The notes beneath the pieces are model-generated. The model saw only the letters and a program-made list of their open reading frames with translations, made no database searches and was not told the origin of the DNA. Below are positions 61,306-64,000 of a stretch of DNA of 64,000 nucleotides, piece after piece; within the stretch, counting starts at the first letter, position 1; each line of letters starts with the position of its first letter. The stretch is from Macrostomum lignano. Its lineage: Eukaryota. The position numbers and the translations under genes were made by a program. The stretch is from positions 272,459 to 336,458 of the forward strand of contig NIVC01000903.1 of the NCBI GenBank assembly GCA_002269645.1, in the 5' to 3' direction.

Positions 61306-61789
61306 TAGCTACTAGTACTTAATGTTCCAGATATTTATCACCATGTTGCTCATGCTCCAATACAGAAGAATAAGATACTCATATTTTCATGTCAGCGAGT
61401 CTTCAGACCCCTCAGATGGTGGCAAAAATTGCCAAGCCGAGCTTCTAAACCACTGGCTTTCAGGGGGGGGGGGTTGAGTGCGGCCATCTCGCCCAACTGT
61501 TTGCTCAATGCGGAACTCGCCCTGACTGGTGGGGGCGGGGGGCAGATGGCGTCCAGTTTTTGTCTGGAAGAGAAAATTCAAACTGATGAAGCGTTGCAGC
61601 TGGATGCAGACAGCGGAATACGGCCAGCGCCCAGCCTCTCAGAACCCCCACAACTACCCCACTTCCGTTCAATTCTATTCGATTTCCGAGAAACATCGGC
61701 GCTTAAAATGCTTGCAAACACTGTTTCCGAGTGAATTTTCTGCTCCTAGCATGGCCTGCCCAGTCTCTTGTGGGCACTGGTACTCGTAA

Positions 61790-62200
61790 ACTCATGGGCT
61801 CACTCGTGAACTCACTCATAAACTCACTCATGGGCTCACTCGTGAACTCACTCATAAACTCACTCATGAACTCACTCATGAACTCACTCATGAACTCACT
61901 CATGAACTCACTCATGAACTCACTCATGAACTCACTCATGAGCTCACTCATGAACTCACCCATGAACTCACTCATGAACTCACTCATGAGCTCACTCATG
62001 AACTCACTCATGAACTCACTCATGAGCTCACTCATGAACTCACTCATAAACTCACTCATGAGCTCACTCGTGAACTCACACATAAACTCACTCATGAACT
62101 CCTCATATACTCACCCATGAACTCGCTCATGAACTCGCTCATGAACTCACTCATGAACTCACTCATGAACTCACTCATGAACTCACTCATGAACTCACTG
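61790..62200. repeat. 12-bp minisatellite (AACTCACTCATG)
   Basis: About 33 copies. Confidence 0.95.
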
Positions 62201-62844
62201 ATGACGCACAATTCAAACCGAAAATTTTTATTATTCCTGGTCACCTGTGTACTCATCACCTCACTCTCCAGCAATCTAACCATTTAGTTTCTGGCAGAAG
62301 TACTTTTATTGTTTCAACGTGGCCTACTGGCATTCAGATTGTCTGAACGTTTCTGTTTTTTTTCTCAGCTCTCACACCGGCCGCGCCACACCGGCTCTGC
62401 GGGGGAGCCCATGGCAACAGCCAGCTAATTTGCCCTATTAACCGAACCAATGAAAGCCCTTGCAATCACTCTCAACCAGACCCATGTGGGTCGCATTGGT
62501 AATTGCAGCATTATGATGTCGCTGAAGTGTGGGATCTAAGCTACCAGTATAGACTGTACAGCTAGGCAAACTGTGTGCTAAGCCAGCTGCTGGTGGTCGC
62601 ATCTTTAGCCGACAGTGAGAGCGTTGGAAGTGGGAAAAGAGATGCCTGCTTTGTTGGGAAACTCAACTAGAAAAAGTAGGCAAAAATGTGTTTCAAAAAT
62701 TGAGTAGAAAAAATTTACGTGAATGCAATGAAAGAACATTCTGCATCGATGTGTTGAAATGCTGCAAGCCGTACTGTGAATTTTAACTGCATGAAATATT
62801 GTGGAATATCCACATCATAAATCAACTTTCAATTCCCTTTCTCA

Positions 62845-64000
62845 ACCCCAGATCCCTATCCCAGATCCCTATCCCAGATCCCTATCCCAGATCCCTATCC
62901 CAGATCCCTATCCCAGATCCCTATCCCAGATCCCTATCCCAGATCCCTATCCCAGATCCCTATCCCAGATCCCTATCCCAGATCCCTATCCCAGATCCCT
63001 ATCCCAGATCCCAATCCCAAATCCCAATCCCAGATCCCTATCCCAGATCCCTATCCCAGATCCCTATCTCAGATCCCTATCCCAGATCCCTATCTCAGAT
63101 CCCCATCCCAGATCCCTATCTCAGATCCCCATCCCAGATCCCTATCCCAGATCCCCATCCCAGATCCCTATCCCAGATCCCCATCCCAGATCCCTATCCC
63201 AGATCCCTATCCCAGATCCCTATCTCAGATCCCCATCCCAGATCCTATCTCAGATCCCCATCCCAGATCCCTATCCCAGATCCCCATCCCAGATCCCTAT
63301 CCCAGATCCCTATCCCAGATCCCTATCTCAGATCCCCATCCCAGATCCCTATCTCAGATCCCCATCCCAGATCCCTATCTCAGATCCCCATCCCAGATCC
63401 CTATCCCAGATCTCCATCCCAGATCTATTCCTAGATCCACATCCCAGATCCACATCCCAGATCCACATCCCAGATCCATTCCTAGATCCACATTCCAGAT
63501 CCACATCCCAGATCCACATCCCAGATCCATTCCTAGATCCACATTCCAGATCCCTATCTCAGATCCCCATCCCAGATCCCTATCCCAGATCCCCATCCCG
63601 GATCCACATCCCAGATCCACATCCCAGATCCATTCCTAGATCCCCATCCCAGATCCCTATCTCAGATCCCCATCCCAGATCCCTATCCCAGATCTCCATC
63701 CCAGATCTATTCCTAGATCCACATCCCAGATCCCCATCCCAGATCCCCATCCCAGATCCACATCCCAGATCCACATCCCAGATCCATTCCTAGATCCCCA
63801 TCCCAGATCCCTATCTCAGATCCCCATCCCAGATCCCTATCCCAGATCTCCATCCCAGATCTATTCCTAGACCCACATCCCAGATCCCCATCCCAGATCC
63901 CTATCCCAGATCCCCATCCCGGATCCACATCCCAGATCCACATCCCAGATCCATTCCTAGATCCACATTCCAGATCCACATCCCAGATCCACATCCCAGA
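62845..64000. repeat. 13-bp minisatellite (CCCAGATCCCTAT) running off the window end
   Basis: Homogeneous at the left; CCAC/CATTCCTAG variants with higher-order blocks at the right. Confidence 0.96.

Noticed and set aside
61583-61700. Hammerhead core CTGATGA (also 49564, 56665, 62197)
   Set aside because: No stem II closed by a following GAAA. The 238-bp satellite also lacks CUGANGA/GAAA, so it is not a retrozyme array.

Overview
Eukaryotic (metazoan) genomic DNA, not prokaryotic. GC3-rich short exons, GT-AG introns filled with minisatellites and the repeat families present suggest a flatworm such as Macrostomum; this identification is inference only. Reconstructed genes: (1) a 5-exon T-box transcription factor with a C-terminal eh1-like motif (42-4675 +); (2) two inverted copies of a secreted PAN/apple + C-type lectin gene (9588-6844 -, 23042-24322 +) whose exons are about 99% identical while their introns are only about 75-85% identical; (3) a secreted prepropeptide-like gene with no family I recognise (32285-29076 -), whose last exon is split by a hAT MITE, plus an inverted, apparently orphan copy of its exon 1 (13636-13936 +); (4) an 8-exon tandem-C2 Doc2/rabphilin-like gene (53336-59797 +). 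Mobile DNA: a full-length 5.8-kb EN-RT-RNaseH non-LTR retrotransposon (R1/LOA-like) with a 14-bp TSD in a near-palindromic target; two non-autonomous hAT elements with 8-bp TSDs; two tRNA-derived SINE families; and an 11.7-kb inverted-repeat-bounded module holding an 8.9-kb higher-order satellite between (CAGA)n arrays. There are about 28 tandem arrays, and most long ORFs in the supplied track are artefacts of these. No CRISPR, rRNA or true tRNA was found. All coordinates and identities were derived by hand.
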